Origin: Chloroflexota bacterium
Lineage (GTDB): Bacteria > Chloroflexota > DTOL01 > JACQYG01
Direction: 5' to 3'
Assembly (NCBI GenBank): GCA_040754915.1
Contig: JBFMCB010000001.1
Coordinates: forward strand, 4,443 to 68,442
Length of the DNA stretch: 64,000 nucleotides
Of the stretch, positions 44,209 to 53,171 are shown one piece after another (positions within the stretch are counted from its first letter, which is position 1; every line of letters starts with the position of its first letter). The position numbers and the translations under genes are program-made. The notes beneath the pieces were generated by a model, which was not told the origin of the DNA, searched no databases, and worked only from the letters and a program-made list of their open reading frames with translations.

Positions 44209-45771
44209 ATGAAAGCAAGGTTCTATTGGCTACTGACCATGGTGGTTCTGGCTTCGCTGTTGCTGTCCGCCTGCGGGCCAACGCCCACGCCGGTGCCCCC
44301 CACGCCCGTACCACCCGCGGCCACACCGGTGCCTCCAACTCCCACGCCCAAACCAGTGCAGGTGGTCATCGCCATCGGCGGCGACCCGTCCACCCTCGAC
44401 CCCCAGTACGCTGATGACGGGAACGAGCGGGCAGTGAACGACAACGTCTATGAGATGTTGCTCTTCCGCGATCCTAAGACCATGGCCATTGCGCCCGGCC
44501 TGGCCGAGTCCTACAAGCAGGTCGACGCCACCACCTGGCGCCTGACTTTGAAGAAGGGGATCAAGTTCCACAACGGGGAAGAGCTCAACGCCGCAGCCGT
44601 CGTCTTCAGCGTCAAGCGGATTCTTGATCCGGCCTTCAAGTCGCAGCAACTATCCTACGTGGAAGGCATCACCGACGCCAAGGCGGTGGACGACTACACG
44701 GTGGACATCATCACCAGCGGCCCGCTGCCCATCCTGCCGGTCCGCCTGACCTGGCTGAAGATCGTGCCGCCAAAGTATGCCACGGAGAAGGCGGCCGAGT
44801 TTCCCAACTACCCCGTCGGGACCGGGCCCTACAAGTTCGTGGAGTGGAAGAAGGGCGATCACGTCACCCTGGAGGCCAACCCGGCCTACTGGGGTGGAGC
44901 ACCCAAGATCAATAGGGTGATCATACGCCCCATCCCGGAGGAAGCCACACGGCTGGCGGCGTTGAAGGCCGGCGAGGTGGACCTGGTGAGGGGCCTCATC
45001 CCCGAGTACGTCAAGGATGTGCCCAAAGCAGCCCACATGCCTGGATTGGAGTTTCCCTGGATCCGCATCAACACCAGGAAGGGTAAACTGGCAGACCTGA
45101 AGGTGCGCCAGGCACTGAACCACGCCGTTGACAAAGAGGCCCTGGCCAAGAGTCTCTATGGTGGCTTCGCCGTGCCTGCCGATGGGCAACTGCTGACCAA
45201 AGGGCACTTCGGCTACAACCCGGGGGTCAAGGCTTTCCCCTATGACCTGACCAAGGCCAAGGCGCTGCTCAAGGAGGCTGGAGCGGTGGGGATGTCGGTG
45301 GATCTCATTGGCGAGAGCGGCCGCTGGCTCAAGGACAAGGAGCTGATCGAGGCCGTGGCCGGGCAGCTCACCGAGGCCGGGCTCAAGGTCAACGTCAAGA
45401 TCGTGGAATGGAAGGCCTGGCTAGATCTGCTCTTCGCCGGCGCGGAGAAGGCTCCCGATCTCCAGTTCTCTTCCCACGACAACGAGCTTCTAGATGCCAG
45501 CCGCACCCTTTCCGGGCTCTTCACCAGCAAGGGCAGCCAGGCCGCCTATGCCAATCCTGAGGTGGACAAGCTCGTCGAGGCGGCGGCAACGGAGACCGAT
45601 CCGGCCAAGCGGGAGGACATGTACCGCAAGGCGGTCAAGATCATCAACGAGGAGGCAGCCTGCATCTTCCTGCTCAACCTGGAGAACATCTATGGGCTGT
45701 CCAAGCGTCTGGAGTGGACGCCACGGCTTGACGGCCGCGTGTTGGTCAAGGAAATGACGGTCAGTCAGTAA
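44209..45771 (+). CDS. ABC transporter substrate-binding lipoprotein, family 5 (peptide/nickel/opine type)
   Basis: 520 aa; lipoprotein signal (LLLSAC) plus Pro/Thr linker; SBP_bac_5 features (TLDPQ..., GPYKFVEWKKGDHVTLEANPAYWGG). Confidence 0.85.
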   Translation: MKARFYWLLTMVVLASLLLSACGPTPTPVPPTPVPPAATPVPPTPTPKPVQVVIAIGGDPSTLDPQYADDGNERAVNDNVYEMLLFRDPKTMAIAPGLAESYKQVDATTWRLTLKKGIKFHNGEELNAAAVVFSVKRILDPAFKSQQLSYVEGITDAKAVDDYTVDIITSGPLPILPVRLTWLKIVPPKYATEKAAEFPNYPVGTGPYKFVEWKKGDHVTLEANPAYWGGAPKINRVIIRPIPEEATRLAALKAGEVDLVRGLIPEYVKDVPKAAHMPGLEFPWIRINTRKGKLADLKVRQALNHAVDKEALAKSLYGGFAVPADGQLLTKGHFGYNPGVKAFPYDLTKAKALLKEAGAVGMSVDLIGESGRWLKDKELIEAVAGQLTEAGLKVNVKIVEWKAWLDLLFAGAEKAPDLQFSSHDNELLDASRTLSGLFTSKGSQAAYANPEVDKLVEAAATETDPAKREDMYRKAVKIINEEAACIFLLNLENIYGLSKRLEWTPRLDGRVLVKEMTVSQ

Positions 45772-45844
45772 GGGCCTGTCCGAAGACCCGGGCGGTGAGC
45801 CCTCGGCCTCGACCAGTTTCCAGATCGGCACCAAACGGCACGCA

Positions 45845-45883
45845 GCGCTCAGGCGAGGGTTCGATCCTCGCCTGAGCGCCATC
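45845..45883 (+). other. intercistronic perfect hairpin resembling a tRNA acceptor-stem/T-arm minihelix with 3' GCCA (GCGCTCAGGCGAGG-GTTCGAT-CCTCGCCTGAGCGC-CA)
   Basis: 14-bp perfect stem, 7-nt loop containing TTCGA; 3' strand reads CCTCG (T-stem) + CCTGAGC (7-nt acceptor strand) + G + CCA; located between the SBP and first permease genes. Confidence 0.5.
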
Positions 45884-45896
45884 AGCAAATTGGGGG

Positions 45897-46823
45897 ATGA
45901 CGATGACCAACTATCTGATCAGACGTCTCATCTGGTCGGTCCTGGTGGTGGTGGGCGTCTCGTTGATCGTCTTCATCGTCACCCATGCCATCGGTGACCC
46001 AGTGCGCATCATGCTTCCCCTCGAGGCCAGCCAGGAGGAGTACCTGACCATGCGCCACGCCTGGGGCTTCGATGACCCGCTGTACGTGCAATTCTGGCGC
46101 TTCGCCGTCAAGGCAGCGCGGGGAGACTTCGGTGACTCCCTGTGGCAGCGCACGCCGGCCCTGGCTCTGGTCATAGATAGGTTGCCGGCATCCTTCCTGC
46201 TATCCTTTGTGGCCATCGCCCTCGCCGTTCTCGGCTCCATCCCTTTGGGTATCCTGGCCAGCTTGAGACTCCGCTCGCTCCTCGATCGTCTATGCGTCAT
46301 GGGATCGCTCCTGGGGGTCTGCATCCCTGTCTTCTGGCTGGGTATCATGCTCATCATGTTCTTCGCCGTGGACCTGGGTTGGTTCTACACCTCCGGTTAC
46401 GGTACCTGGAAGCACCTGGTGCTACCGGCGGTGACCCTGGCCGCCCTGCCCATGGGCCGCATCACCCAGATCGTGCGCTCCAGCATGCTGGACGAGCTGC
46501 ACCGCCAATACATGACCACGGCTCGGGCTAAGGGACTGGCCGAGGGCTATATCATCGTCCGCCACGCTTTGAAGAACGCCGCCATTCCCATCGTCACCCT
46601 GGCGGCCTGGGAACTGACCCGTATGCTGGCCGGCTACACCATCATTGTGGAGAAGGTCTTCGCCTGGCCGGGCTTCGGATTGCTGGCCATGCAGGCCATC
46701 GAGCGCCACGATCTCCCGCTCATCCAGGCTGACGTCTTCGTAGTGGCTCTGATCGTGGTGGTGCTCAACATCGTCATTGATTTCGTCTACGCGGCGCTGG
46801 ACCCGAGGGTTCGCTTTGAGTGA
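45897..46823 (+). CDS. ABC transporter permease (DppB/OppB-like)
   Basis: 308 aa; N-terminal YLIRRLIWSVLVVVGVSLIVFIV, EAA-loop region (ARAKGLAEGYIIVRHALKNA), 6 TM. Confidence 0.85.
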   Translation: MTMTNYLIRRLIWSVLVVVGVSLIVFIVTHAIGDPVRIMLPLEASQEEYLTMRHAWGFDDPLYVQFWRFAVKAARGDFGDSLWQRTPALALVIDRLPASFLLSFVAIALAVLGSIPLGILASLRLRSLLDRLCVMGSLLGVCIPVFWLGIMLIMFFAVDLGWFYTSGYGTWKHLVLPAVTLAALPMGRITQIVRSSMLDELHRQYMTTARAKGLAEGYIIVRHALKNAAIPIVTLAAWELTRMLAGYTIIVEKVFAWPGFGLLAMQAIERHDLPLIQADVFVVALIVVVLNIVIDFVYAALDPRVRFE

Positions 46824-47788
46824 GGAGAGTAACGGCCATGAAAAGTTCACCGGCCAGTGCGGCGGTCCTGCCGCGAGTGAGGGCCATCGAGGAAGAACGG
46901 TTTGTCTACTGGCGCAACCTCTGGAAGCTGATTCAGGATCTGATCCGGGATCGGGTGGCTCTGTTGGGTGTTCTCATCGTCCTCACCGTGGTTTTCGCGG
47001 CGGTGGCTGCACCCCTGGTCGCGCCCTATGACCCCACCAAGCAGAACATCGCCAGGCGACTGACGCCGCCGGCCTGGGCCGCCAAGGGAGAGGCCGGGTA
47101 CTGGCTGGGCACAGACCAGTTGGGGAGAGACGTGTTGAGCCGCATCATCTACGGCGGCCGCGTGTCCCTCACCGTTGGCCTGAGCGTGGTGGCCATCGCC
47201 GGCAGCTTTGGCATTCTTCTCGGCCTCGTCTCCGGCTACTTCGGCGGCCGTGCCGATGACGTTCTCATGCGCCTGACCGACGTCCAGACCGCCTTCCCCG
47301 GCCTGCTTTTGGCCCTGACCATCATTACCATGATCGGGCCCAGTGTGCGCAACATCATCATCGTCCTGTCCATCAACGGCTGGATGGTCTACGCCCGCAT
47401 CACGCGGGGCATCATGCTTTCTTTGCGCGAGACACCCTTCATTGAGGCAGCTCGGGCCATCGGCTGCTGCGACCGGCGCATCATCTTCCGCCATGCTCTG
47501 CCCAACCTGCTGTCGCCCTTACTGACCCTGGGCACCCTGGAACTGGCGCGCATCATCCTGGCCGAGGCCTCGCTGAGCTTCCTGGGGCTGGGGGTGCAGC
47601 CGCCAGCCGCCTCGTGGGGCTTGATGATCGCCGACGGGCATCAGTATATCACCCGTGGTTGGTGGCTGGTGACTTTTCCCGGCCTGGCCATCGCCATCAC
47701 CGTCTTCGGGGTGAACCTGGTGGCCAGTTGGCTCAGGACATATTCCGATCCCAGTCAGCGGTATCGTCAGATCAGGACGGTGGAGTAA
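46820..47788 (+). CDS. ABC transporter permease (DppC/OppC-like)
   Basis: 322 aa; ATGA overlap with the previous permease; conserved region GTDQLGRDVLSRIIYGGRVSL and EAA-like motif. Confidence 0.85.
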   Translation: MRRVTAMKSSPASAAVLPRVRAIEEERFVYWRNLWKLIQDLIRDRVALLGVLIVLTVVFAAVAAPLVAPYDPTKQNIARRLTPPAWAAKGEAGYWLGTDQLGRDVLSRIIYGGRVSLTVGLSVVAIAGSFGILLGLVSGYFGGRADDVLMRLTDVQTAFPGLLLALTIITMIGPSVRNIIIVLSINGWMVYARITRGIMLSLRETPFIEAARAIGCCDRRIIFRHALPNLLSPLLTLGTLELARIILAEASLSFLGLGVQPPAASWGLMIADGHQYITRGWWLVTFPGLAIAITVFGVNLVASWLRTYSDPSQRYRQIRTVE

Positions 47789-47807
47789 ACGAATCACAGG
47801 GAGGAAG

Positions 47808-48350
47808 ATGTTCAAGAAGATAATGGTTCCATTGGATGGCTCAGAGCTGGCCGAGGCGGCACTGCCGGTGGTGGAGGGACTGGCGACCTGTCTGGGGTCA
47901 GAGGTCATCCTGGTACAGGTGGTTCCAAGTCCCCGGGGACGTTCCGCGGCCAAGTTTCGCCCCTTTTCGGCCGATCTTCCCGTGGCCGTCCCCCGCGCCC
48001 GGGAGGATGTGGAGATGGCCCGGCATCCCATCTACAAAGACCAGGAGATGATCAGCCTGAAGGCGAAGGCGAAGGTTTCCCTGGCCCGGGCCGAGAAGCG
48101 GCTGCGGGATCAGGGCATCCAGGTGAAGGTGGATGTCCTCTTCGGCCGGCCGGCCGAGGAGATCATCGCCTACGCTGAGCAGGCGGGTGTGGATGTAATC
48201 CTCCTCTCCACCCATGGAGAAAGCGGCCTGGGTCCCTGGAACATGGGGGCTACGGCCGAGCGGGTGCTGCGGGGAGCCAACGTTCCTGTCCTTCTGGTGC
48301 GGCCGGCCCAGGCGCGGGTCCGGCGGGGGGACTGGCCGGGTTCTCTATAA
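47808..48350 (+). CDS. universal stress protein UspA family
   Basis: KKIMVPLDGSELAEAAL...VDVILLSTHGESGLGPWNMGATAERVLRGANVPVLLVRP (ATP-binding G-2x-G-9x-G(S/T) motif). Confidence 0.8.
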   Translation: MFKKIMVPLDGSELAEAALPVVEGLATCLGSEVILVQVVPSPRGRSAAKFRPFSADLPVAVPRAREDVEMARHPIYKDQEMISLKAKAKVSLARAEKRLRDQGIQVKVDVLFGRPAEEIIAYAEQAGVDVILLSTHGESGLGPWNMGATAERVLRGANVPVLLVRPAQARVRRGDWPGSL

Positions 48351-48368
48351 TTCTAAGGAGGTCTCACA

Positions 48369-49280
48369 TTGCGACCAACTGGCTCCTGGGTGGCCCTGGT
48401 CACCCCCTTCACCGAAGCCAGCGAGGTGGACTTTGCCGGCTTCGAACGCTTGATAGACTTCCAGGTCGGGAACGGCACCGCCGGCCTGCTCCTCATGGGC
48501 TCCACCGGCGAGCCGACGCTGCTCGCTTTGGACGAGCGGCGGGAGATCCTCGACCGGGTGTGTGCCTACGCCAAAGGCAAGATCCCCGTCTTCGCCGGCA
48601 CCACCTGCGGCAGCACCGGCGAGACCATCGCCCTAAGCCGCTACGCCGAGCGAGCCGGGGCCGACGGGCTGCTCCTGGTCGTCCCAGCCTACAGCCAGCC
48701 GCCCCAGGAGGGCCTCTACGCCCACTTCAAGGCCGTGGCCGAGGCGGTGAGCATCCCCATCGCTATCTACAACAACCCCTCCCGCGTGGGGGTGAACATT
48801 GACCCGGCCACCATCATCAGGTTGGCCGAGCTGCCCAACATCGTAGCCGACAAAGAGGCTACGGGCAACATCGGCCAACTGGTGGAGGTGCTCAGGGGCA
48901 CCAACGGCCGGCTGCATCTTCTTTGCTGCGATTACCCCGGCTATGGGTTGATCATCCCTACCCTGGCTATGGGCGGTCACGGCACGGCCAACATCGCCGG
49001 CAACGTCATCCCCCGGGAGATGGCCGAGATGTCCCAGCCGTGGCGGTCGTGGGACGACGTAGGGCGGACGAGAGGGCTCTATTTCAGGTTCGTGCCTTTG
49101 CTCTCGGCCTTGTACAGCCTGTCCAATCCCATCGCCGTGAAGGCGGCCCTGCGGCTGATGGGCCTGCCCGGCGGCCCGGTGCGCCGCCCGCTGGTGGAGC
49201 TGGGTGGCGACAAGCTGCGTCAGCTTGACCAGTTGCTGGAGAGCCTGGGGGTAAAGGCGGAGTATGGTGTCGGTGTCTGA
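48369..49280 (+). CDS. dihydrodipicolinate synthase (DapA) family lyase (exact substrate unknown)
   Basis: TTG start after SD AAGGAGG; VALVTPF, GLLLMGSTGE, catalytic-Lys region IVADKEATGN, Tyr region YNNPSRVG. Confidence 0.75.
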   Translation: MRPTGSWVALVTPFTEASEVDFAGFERLIDFQVGNGTAGLLLMGSTGEPTLLALDERREILDRVCAYAKGKIPVFAGTTCGSTGETIALSRYAERAGADGLLLVVPAYSQPPQEGLYAHFKAVAEAVSIPIAIYNNPSRVGVNIDPATIIRLAELPNIVADKEATGNIGQLVEVLRGTNGRLHLLCCDYPGYGLIIPTLAMGGHGTANIAGNVIPREMAEMSQPWRSWDDVGRTRGLYFRFVPLLSALYSLSNPIAVKAALRLMGLPGGPVRRPLVELGGDKLRQLDQLLESLGVKAEYGVGV

Positions 49281-50655
49281 CCTCCGGCCAGGTCCTCATC
49301 CCCGCCGCTGGCTGATCCTGGCCACCGTCCTCATCGGCACCCTGACCGGCACCCTGGGCAACAGCATGGCCAACGTGGCCCTGCCGGCCATCATGGACCA
49401 CTTCTCTGTGGACATCGGCCAGGCCACGTGGGTGGTGACGGTCTATATCCTGCTCTTCGCCGTGCCCCTGCCCGTCTTCGGCCGCCTGGGCGACATGTAT
49501 GGCTACAAGCGCATCTACCTGGTCGGCATGAGCGTCTTCGCCTTCGCCGCCCTCCTGGCTGCCCTGGCCCCCACTTTTCCCGCCCTCATCGCCTTTCGCG
49601 CTCTGCAAGGATTGGCCAACGCTCCCACCTTGCCCTCGGTCATGGCCATCGTTGCCTACGTTTTCCCGCCCCAGGAGCGGGGCCGGGCCATGGGGGTGTG
49701 GGCCCTGGTTAATAGCTCGGCCCACGCCATCGGCCCGCCCCTGAGCGGCTTCCTGACACAGTATCTGGGCTGGCCGGCGATGTTTTACGTCAATGTCCCG
49801 CTCTGTGTCGTGGGGGCGATATTCATCTGGCGTCTGGTGCCGCCCGATGCCAGGCGCGGTGGCGGCAGCTTCGACTACATCGGGGCCATCACCCTCACCC
49901 TGGCCACCCTGACCCTCATGTTCAACCTGACCCAAGGGCGCAAAGCGGGTTGGGCTTCGCCGACGGGCATCGCCTTGTGGGCGATCTTCATCGGCCTGAT
50001 GGGGGCTTTCCTGATCGCCGAGAGGACCGTCAGGTCGGCCTTCGTCGAGCTGAGCCTTTTTGGCAACCGCCCCTACACTGCGGCCACGGTCGTGGTATCG
50101 TTGCAACTCTTCTGCCAGTTCGGCCTGGCTCTGATCATGCCTCTCTTTCTCATTCGCATCCAGGGCTACACCAGCGGCCAGGCAGGACTATTGGTCTTTC
50201 CTTTGCCTATCGCCATGGCCCTGGTGGCACCTCTGGCCGGCCGCCTGACCGATAGCTACGGCTGTCGGCTGTCCTGCATCAGCGGGATGGGGCTTGTGGC
50301 CCTGGCGGGGTTAGGGCTGCTTCCCCTGGGGGCGGGCACACCGGCCTGGTACGTGGCGGCTGCACTCATGCTGATGGGTGTGGGCATGGGCATGATCCAA
50401 TCGCCTACGGCGGCGGCGGTGACCCATGCAGTGGCTCAGGAGCGGTTAGGGTTGGCCCTGGGGCTGTTCAATATGTTCCGCTTCGTGGGAGGGACCCTGG
50501 GGGCGACGGTGTTCGGCATGATCCTGGGGAGCTTCAGCGCCAGCCTGGACCTGGTCGGTGCCTTCCACCTGGATTTCGGGCTGGTGGTGGGACTAGCCCT
50601 GGTAGCCTCCCTAGTGGCACTGAATGTGCCGGAAAGGGTGAAGGACGAACGATAG
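49264..50655 (+). CDS. MFS transporter (DHA2-like, 14 TMS)
   Basis: 463 aa; motif A-like GRLGDMYGYKRIYLVGM, many hydrophobic helices. Confidence 0.8.
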   Translation: MVSVSDLRPGPHPRRWLILATVLIGTLTGTLGNSMANVALPAIMDHFSVDIGQATWVVTVYILLFAVPLPVFGRLGDMYGYKRIYLVGMSVFAFAALLAALAPTFPALIAFRALQGLANAPTLPSVMAIVAYVFPPQERGRAMGVWALVNSSAHAIGPPLSGFLTQYLGWPAMFYVNVPLCVVGAIFIWRLVPPDARRGGGSFDYIGAITLTLATLTLMFNLTQGRKAGWASPTGIALWAIFIGLMGAFLIAERTVRSAFVELSLFGNRPYTAATVVVSLQLFCQFGLALIMPLFLIRIQGYTSGQAGLLVFPLPIAMALVAPLAGRLTDSYGCRLSCISGMGLVALAGLGLLPLGAGTPAWYVAAALMLMGVGMGMIQSPTAAAVTHAVAQERLGLALGLFNMFRFVGGTLGATVFGMILGSFSASLDLVGAFHLDFGLVVGLALVASLVALNVPERVKDER

Positions 50656-50663
50656 GAGGTAAG

Positions 50664-51137
50664 ATGCCCAAGGAACCACATCTTGGGGGGATACTGGACA
50701 AGTACCCCTACGCCGCCAAGGACGACGTGGAGGGCCGAGTCGTGTGCCTGCTGGAGGCCCAGTCGGAGAACCGGGGCATGGAGTTGGCCACCCACCTCTC
50801 CCGGGCCGTGCCTCGAGGCCAGATTCACGAGCTGGTGCTGACCGACCAGGCCGAGGCGGCGCCGGGTAGCGTGGTGGATCGGGTGGCCTACGTTGGCTTC
50901 TTCGAAGTGGAGCATGGCGGGCTGATCCTGGTCGGAGACCGGGTGACAGTAGACGGCCAGGAACTGGGCAAGGTGGCAGGGTTCGATGAGACTCACTTCC
51001 CCAACCACATGAACGTGCTGCTCAAGGCCCGGGTGCGACAGACGGGGGTGGAATTAGGGGTGAAGCTGGGGGCCAAAGTAGTGTTCAGGATGGCGGAGCA
51101 GGCGGCTCACAACTATGGTATAATGTTGGGGTTTTAG
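50664..51137 (+). CDS. hypothetical protein (157 aa)
   Basis: Clean ORF with ATG and plausible RBS; no motif recognised with confidence. Confidence 0.5.
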   Translation: MPKEPHLGGILDKYPYAAKDDVEGRVVCLLEAQSENRGMELATHLSRAVPRGQIHELVLTDQAEAAPGSVVDRVAYVGFFEVEHGGLILVGDRVTVDGQELGKVAGFDETHFPNHMNVLLKARVRQTGVELGVKLGAKVVFRMAEQAAHNYGIMLGF

Positions 51138-51168
51138 GCCTGGTCAGCCTTCGTTGTTCGGGGATTAG

Positions 51169-51954
51169 ATGGTGGAAGCGGTCAGCCTGCCCGCCGGGGC
51201 CGGCCCATATCAGGTGAACCTGATGGTGTTCCAGGGGCCTCTGGATCTGTTGCTCCAGCTGGTCGAGCAGCGGAAGTTAGACATAACTACAATCTCCCTG
51301 GCCCAGGTAGCTGACCAGTACGTGGAGTACATCGGCCGAATGCCAGAGCACGATCCGGAGGTGCTGTCCGGGTTCCTGGTGGTTGCCGCCAAACTGCTCC
51401 TCTTGAAATCCTGGGCGCTCTTGCCCCGCCCCCCACAGGAGACGGCCGAGGAGGAGGGCGATCCTGGAGAGGAGCTGGCTCGCCAGCTTTTGGAGTACAA
51501 ACGGTTCAAAGAAGCGGCGGCGCATCTCAGGGCCTGGGAGGAACGGGGAGAACGTAGCTACGTCCGGATCGCGCCGCCCCCTAAGGTCGTCGGTGAGCTG
51601 CGTCTGGAGGGGGTGACCCTGGCCGACCTGGCCCAGGCCGTCAGGCGGGCCCTGGCGACGATGCCTGGCCAGGAACCGGGCCGCCTGGTGCTTCCCGAGA
51701 TCTTCTCCATCGACGACAAGATGGGACTCATCGAAAGCCTGCTGGACGGGCAGGGAGAGGTCGCCTTCTCTAGCTTGCTTTCTGCCGCCGCATCCAAGCT
51801 GGAGGTCATCGTGACCTTTTTGGCTTTGTTGGAGCTCCTGAAACAAGGGCGGGCCTTTGCCTATCAGCACTGCGTCTTCGGTGAGATCAGAATCGCCAGG
51901 GCCGAAGGCGATGCCGTCGAAGCATCTCTGCCGGGTCCGGCCCTGGCGTCTTAA
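51169..51954 (+). CDS. scpA: segregation and condensation protein A
   Basis: LMVFQGPLDLLLQLVEQRKLDITTISLAQVADQYVEYI is the ScpA N-terminal signature; length 261 aa. Confidence 0.85.
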   Translation: MVEAVSLPAGAGPYQVNLMVFQGPLDLLLQLVEQRKLDITTISLAQVADQYVEYIGRMPEHDPEVLSGFLVVAAKLLLLKSWALLPRPPQETAEEEGDPGEELARQLLEYKRFKEAAAHLRAWEERGERSYVRIAPPPKVVGELRLEGVTLADLAQAVRRALATMPGQEPGRLVLPEIFSIDDKMGLIESLLDGQGEVAFSSLLSAAASKLEVIVTFLALLELLKQGRAFAYQHCVFGEIRIARAEGDAVEASLPGPALAS

Positions 51955-52007
51955 GCCAAGGAGAAACAGCCATGGCGATTTTTGATCACTGATTATGGAG
52001 CAGGCCC

Positions 52008-53171
52008 ATGGGTTGGAGCACAGCGAGGGCGCCGTTGCCCCCGGGAAGACACCTATGGCAGGGCGATGAGGCCTGCGCTGAGGGGGCCATCGCGGCGGGC
52101 TGCCGGTTCTATGCCGGCTATCCCATTACCCCGGCCAGCGAGATCATGCAGCGGATGGCCCGTCGCTTCCACGAGATGGGCGAAGGCGTCTTCATTCAGA
52201 TGGAGGACGAGATCGCGTCCATGGCCTCGGTCATCGGGGCCTCCTGGGCCGGGGCCAAGGCCATGACTGCCACCTCGGGCCCGGGCTTCACCCTGATGCT
52301 GGAGAACATCGGATATGCCATTATGACCGAGACCCCCTGCGTGGTGGTGGACGTTCAAAGGGCCGGCCCCAGCACAGGGCAGGCCACCCGCCCTGCCTCT
52401 GGCGACGTGATGGAGGCCCGTTGGGGGACCCACGGGGATTTCGAGATCATCGCCCTCTCCCCATGGTCGGCCCAGGAGATGTTCGACCTGACAGTTCGTG
52501 CCTTCAATCTGGCCGAACGATTCCGGGTGCCGGTCTTCGTCCTGGCTGACGAAGCGGTGGGCCACATGCGAGAAAATGTGGTGACTCCGGCGGAGATCCA
52601 GGTCTACGAGCGCGAGCGAAGCGCGGGCCTGGCCCCTTTTGGCAGCGAGGCCGATGATGGTGTGCCGCCCATGCCGGCCTTCGGCCAGGGCGAGAGGCTC
52701 CTGGTCACCGGTTCCACCCACGACCCCTGGGGCTACCGCAAGGTCAGCGATTCGGCAGTTCAGGACAGGCTCACTCGGCGGTTGGTGCAGAAGATACGGG
52801 CCCATCAGGGCGAGATCATTGCCACCGAGCCCTACATGGCCGATGAAGATCTGGATGTGCTCGTGGTCGCCTACGGCTTCACCGCCCGCAGCGCCCGCCA
52901 CGCGGTCAAGCTGGCCCGACAGGCTGGCATAAGGGCGGGGCTCTTGAGGTTGATTACGTTTTTCCCCTTTGCCGAGGAGGCGGTCCTGCACCACGGGGAG
53001 AAGGCACGCAACATACTGATCCCGGAGATGAACCAGGGCCAGGTGGTCCGGGAAGTGCAGCGGGCAATGGCGGGCAATGCCAATCGAGTGCACCTGTACG
53101 CTCAAACCAACGGGGAGGTGATCTGTCCCCTGAGGATCTTATCTGAGATCAAGAGGCTGGTGGAAACATAG
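52008..53171 (+). CDS. korA: 2-oxoacid:ferredoxin oxidoreductase subunit alpha (KorA/VorA-type, without fused gamma domain)
   Basis: 387 aa; GDEACAEGAIAAGCRFYAGYPITPASEI and ATSGPGFTLMLENIGYAIMTETPCVVVDVQRAGPSTG are OFOR alpha domain I/II motifs. Start uncertain (ATG 52008 or TTG 52035). Confidence 0.85.
   Translation: MGWSTARAPLPPGRHLWQGDEACAEGAIAAGCRFYAGYPITPASEIMQRMARRFHEMGEGVFIQMEDEIASMASVIGASWAGAKAMTATSGPGFTLMLENIGYAIMTETPCVVVDVQRAGPSTGQATRPASGDVMEARWGTHGDFEIIALSPWSAQEMFDLTVRAFNLAERFRVPVFVLADEAVGHMRENVVTPAEIQVYERERSAGLAPFGSEADDGVPPMPAFGQGERLLVTGSTHDPWGYRKVSDSAVQDRLTRRLVQKIRAHQGEIIATEPYMADEDLDVLVVAYGFTARSARHAVKLARQAGIRAGLLRLITFFPFAEEAVLHHGEKARNILIPEMNQGQVVREVQRAMAGNANRVHLYAQTNGEVICPLRILSEIKRLVET

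Noticed and set aside
49084-50106. 340-aa minus-strand ORF antisense to the MFS transporter gene
   Set aside because: His/Gly/Asp/Arg-rich low-complexity translation typical of the antisense of GC-rich membrane-protein genes.
52053-53105. 350-aa minus-strand ORF antisense to korA
   Set aside because: Shadow ORF opposite a gene with unambiguous OFOR alpha motifs.
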